Positions 60,983 through 64,000 of a DNA stretch of 64,000 nt are shown piece by piece. Source of the DNA: a bacterium (lineage in GTDB: Bacteria; UBA8248; JACPRG01; G963555815). Position 1 is the stretch's first letter. Every line of letters starts with the position of its first letter. Position numbers and translations under genes: made by a program. The stretch covers positions 1,753,419 through 1,817,418 of the forward strand of contig CBDHDG010000006.1 in NCBI GenBank assembly GCA_965261595.1. The letters run 5' to 3'. Below the pieces are notes generated by a model. The model had not been told where the DNA came from, did no database searches, and worked only from the letters and a program-made list of their open reading frames with translations.

Positions 60983-63853
60983 ATGTACGAGCTCTTCACC
61001 CTGGGCGGCGGGACCTATCTGGTCGACCTGCTGAACGCGGTCGCCGCGATCACCGGCGGCGGGGCCTTCGTGACCCTGGCCCGGATCGCGGGCGTGGCCG
61101 GGCTCGCCTGGGTCCTGTTCCGCACCGCCTTCGGCGGCTCGTGGAAGGACAACGCCAAGTGGATCCTCCTCTTCATCGCCGTCTGGGGCGCGATGGTGGT
61201 CCCCAAGGCGACCGTGCGGGTCGTGGACCGGCTCGACCCGGCGCTGGCGCCCGCGGTCGTGGCGGGCGTCCCGCTCGGCCTGGCCCTCTTCGCCTCCCTG
61301 ACGAGCCAGGTGGGCGACGGGTTGACGCGGCTCACCGAGCAGGCCTTCTCCCTTCCGGACGACCTGACCTACCGCCGCCACGGCCTGATCTTCGGCGCGA
61401 GGCTCGCGGCCGCCGCGACCCGCATGGAGGTGACCGACACGGTGTTCGCGCGGAACCTCCGGGCCTACGCAAGGCAATGCGTGTTCCACGCCCTGCTCCT
61501 GGGCCACGTCTCGGCCGACGATCTGCGCGAGAGCACCGATATCTGGCGGCTCGTCACATCCACTGGATCGCCTTCCGCCGGGGCCTCGCCCGCGCGCATG
61601 GTGGAGTACGCGACCCGGGGGACGCCGTCCGGCACCGGCGCCACGCCAATCGATCGCGAGATCGTCACCTGCGCCGAGGCCGCCCCGCGGCTCAACGCGC
61701 TCTGGGGGGCCGAGATCGCGAGGGCGTCCGGCATCTTCGGATGGAGACTCTTCCCCGGTGCGGCGACCGAGGCGCTGGCCCGGGCCGAGCTCATGGCCGC
61801 GCTGCCCGTGGCCCACGACTACCTGATCGGCGCCTCCAGGACCGCGGCCGAGATCCTGCGCCAGCAGATGGTCCTCAACACCCTCCACGGCGCGGGCGAG
61901 CAATGGGCCGCGGAGGCAGGCAACGCCGCCGCGCTCAGGTCCTATACCGAAGCCCGGGCCGAGGCCCAGACCGTCTCGGCCTACCGGGCCATCGGAAGGC
62001 AGGCCGAGACCTGGGTCCCGATGCTGCGCATCGTGTTCGAGTGCCTCTACGTGGGCGCCTTCCCCATGGCGGTGCTGCTCATGCTCACCCCCGCGGGCGG
62101 CGGGCTCTTCCGGTCCTACTTCGCCGGGATCGTCTGGATCCAGAGCTGGGGGCCGCTCTACGCGATCCTCCACCGGATCTCCATGGGCGAGGCCGCCGAG
62201 CGCATGAGCGCGGGCGCCCTCATGCCGGACGGCGAGAGCGGCGTATCGCTCGTCGCCCAGGCGGGGATCCGGGCCGTGGCCTCCGACGTGGCCGTGATGT
62301 CGGGCTACCTCTCGATGTCGGTGCCCTTCCTCGCCGCGGCCCTGGCCTACGGGGTGGGCAAGGCGACCATGCTCGCCACCTCGGTGCTCGCGGTCGGCCA
62401 GGACGCGGCCTCCTCGGCCGCCCACGAGGGCACGACGGGCAATATCTCCCTCGCCAACACCCAGGCCGACGTCCACCGCTTCGCAACGCTCGAGGGCCGC
62501 CAGCTCCGCACCTCCATGCACGTCGATACGGACCGCTATACCGGGTTCGCTCCCGAGGGCGCGGCCTTCACCGTGACTGGAGACGGTACCGCGGTCATGG
62601 ACGCCGGCTCCGCCACCAGCCGGATCCCGGCGGCGGGCGTCAGACTCTCCGAATCCCTTGCGGTCAGCCACGAGAGCCGGGCAGGCGCCGCCCGGGAGCA
62701 GGCCCGGCACTGGTCGGCCGAGGCCGACACGGCGCGCACGGCCGTTGCGACCGATTCGGCGGCCATGGTCGAGCGGTTCTCCCGGGACGTGCACACGGGC
62801 CTCGCCCATTCGAGGGGCGTGACGGAAAGCGAGAGCACGCAAGTCCAGGCCCTGGAAAGCCACATGAAACGCCTCTCCGAGGCGGGCGGGATCTCGAAGG
62901 AGGAGGCGGCCGTTCTCATGGGCGAGGCCAGGGTGGGAGGGGGGTTCGACTTCATCGTGAAGTTCGGGGCCGACGGTTCGGCGAGCTGGCGGGGCCAGAC
63001 CATCGGCCGGGAAGCCTGGAACCGGATGACCGACTATGCCGAGCAGAACCAAGTGATCGATCACTGGTCCCGGGTCGCCGATGCCTCCAGGCGCTACTCC
63101 ACCGCCTCGGGCGAGAGCGAGCTCAAGAGCCTGGAGGAGAGTTTTGGCGCCAACCTGACGCGGATGCGCCGCTTCGGCGAGCAGGAGGCCCTGAGCCACC
63201 GGGAAGCCGAGAGCTGGAGCTCTCAGGCGGCCGAGGTGCGAAGCCGGTCCCGGGCCGTCGACCAGGAGCTGGGCCAGCCCTTCTTCGCCTGGCTGACCGC
63301 CCGGCCTGGCGCCGACGGGCGCGAGATCGGCGTGGGGGGCGCCATGCGGCTCGCCTCGCCCCAGACCCCGGAGGACGCCGAAGAGCTGCGCGCGCATGCC
63401 GCCGCCTTCATCGCGGAGCGCTTCCCGGCGCCCGAGGGGGTGGATCCGGCCTCGGTCCCGGGGCTGGCGGACTACGAGCGGAGGAGAGACGGGCTGAAAG
63501 AGTATCACGCGGGCGAGACCGAGGCGGCCTGGGGCGGCTGGTCGGCCTCGGTGCGCGACCGCGGACGCGGGGCCGGGACGCCCGGGCCGGGAAAGGTCGA
63601 GAACCGGGCAAGGCGCGAAAGCGCCAGGACCGAGCATGATCTGAGGGTAAGGGAGGCGGGACGAGAGGAGCGGGCCGGGATGACGGACGAACGCATCGAG
63701 CAAGGCCGCGCGAAGGTCGCGGCCGAGGCCGACAAACCCTTCGTCGAGCATGCCACCGAGGCGGTCCCGTTCATCGGGAAGTGGCTCGGCGGCAAGCTCT
63801 ACGGCACCGCCAGGAACGCGGCGCCGGACCCGGGGAAGAAGGACGACCGCTGA
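60983..63853 (+). CDS. traG: TraG (F-type)
   Basis: YTLGGG-like start, LNAVAAI, WIQSWGPLYAILH, long polar C-terminal region. Confidence 0.93.
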   Translation: MYELFTLGGGTYLVDLLNAVAAITGGGAFVTLARIAGVAGLAWVLFRTAFGGSWKDNAKWILLFIAVWGAMVVPKATVRVVDRLDPALAPAVVAGVPLGLALFASLTSQVGDGLTRLTEQAFSLPDDLTYRRHGLIFGARLAAAATRMEVTDTVFARNLRAYARQCVFHALLLGHVSADDLRESTDIWRLVTSTGSPSAGASPARMVEYATRGTPSGTGATPIDREIVTCAEAAPRLNALWGAEIARASGIFGWRLFPGAATEALARAELMAALPVAHDYLIGASRTAAEILRQQMVLNTLHGAGEQWAAEAGNAAALRSYTEARAEAQTVSAYRAIGRQAETWVPMLRIVFECLYVGAFPMAVLLMLTPAGGGLFRSYFAGIVWIQSWGPLYAILHRISMGEAAERMSAGALMPDGESGVSLVAQAGIRAVASDVAVMSGYLSMSVPFLAAALAYGVGKATMLATSVLAVGQDAASSAAHEGTTGNISLANTQADVHRFATLEGRQLRTSMHVDTDRYTGFAPEGAAFTVTGDGTAVMDAGSATSRIPAAGVRLSESLAVSHESRAGAAREQARHWSAEADTARTAVATDSAAMVERFSRDVHTGLAHSRGVTESESTQVQALESHMKRLSEAGGISKEEAAVLMGEARVGGGFDFIVKFGADGSASWRGQTIGREAWNRMTDYAEQNQVIDHWSRVADASRRYSTASGESELKSLEESFGANLTRMRRFGEQEALSHREAESWSSQAAEVRSRSRAVDQELGQPFFAWLTARPGADGREIGVGGAMRLASPQTPEDAEELRAHAAAFIAERFPAPEGVDPASVPGLADYERRRDGLKEYHAGETEAAWGGWSASVRDRGRGAGTPGPGKVENRARRESARTEHDLRVREAGREERAGMTDERIEQGRAKVAAEADKPFVEHATEAVPFIGKWLGGKLYGTARNAAPDPGKKDDR

Positions 63854-63867
63854 CGCGACGGTCCCTT

Positions 63868-64000
63868 CTACGGGGACCGGGTGCTCGGGCCGTGACCGCG
63901 AAGGCGCCCGTGGTCGTGGAGATCCCGGTCCTCGACGTCGCGGAGCCAGGCGTAGCGGCCGGTCTTGGTCGACCAGTCGAACCGGTCGCCGCCCTCTTCC
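63868..64000 (-). CDS. C-terminus of an unidentified gene running off the right edge
   Basis: Open frame EEGGDRFDWSTKTGRYAWLRD...SP* converging on traG. Confidence 0.35.
   Translation of the reverse strand, partial: EEGGDRFDWSTKTGRYAWLRDVEDRDLHDHGRLRGHGPSTRSP

Noticed and set aside
45418..63751. Long overlapping ORFs in the tra region (e.g. 45418..47421 +, 50800..53196 -, 60632..63751 -, 61141..63639 +)
   Set aside because: Shadow frames of GC-rich genes with Arg/Gly/Pro-rich composition and no motifs; only the tail of 45418..47421 (pilin) is real.
1..64000. CRISPR array, retron/RT, rRNA, tRNA
   Set aside because: No regularly spaced repeats, RT motifs or stable-RNA signatures were recognised by eye; a covariance-model scan was not possible.

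Overview
This window is entirely accessory DNA; no core genes, rRNA, tRNA or CRISPR array were seen. The right part (about 45.4-64 kb, GC-rich) is the regulatory and mating-pair module of an F-type conjugative element, probably an ICE. An S24/LexA-like repressor diverges from a Cro-Cro-Xis fusion gene that heads traA-L-E-K-B-V-C-[degenerate HD protein]-trbI-[S26 peptidase]-traW-U-trbC-traN-F-H-G. The left part (about 1-45 kb) is an IS-riddled defence island. It holds two fused (type IIG-like) RM genes, a remnant E1-JAB gene, a split DUF2971 gene, a frameshifted Calx-beta autotransporter and an intact three-gene ubiquitin-like operon (Ubl, E2, JAB-E1) resembling Bub pathways. It also holds a type I RM locus (hsdM, fic, sir2, herA, hsdS, no hsdR), four tyrosine integrases, vsr/dcm/REase with an RloC-like ATPase, a DUF4238 gene and a DUF433/PIN TA pair. 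The most notable observations are: (i) a Ubl ending in Ala rather than Gly, paired with an E2 lacking a catalytic Cys; (ii) an unannotated 46-aa HsdS-start/HsdM-tail chimeric ORF that records how SIR2-HerA was spliced into the hsd operon; (iii) a 24-bp repeat with a compensated palindrome bracketing a tandem-integrase unit; (iv) a promoter-led, hairpin-rich non-coding region; and (v) an apparently catalytically dead HD hydrolase inside the tra operon. Family assignments come from motif recognition by eye, not database searches. Several 1-2 nt frameshifts could be assembly errors.
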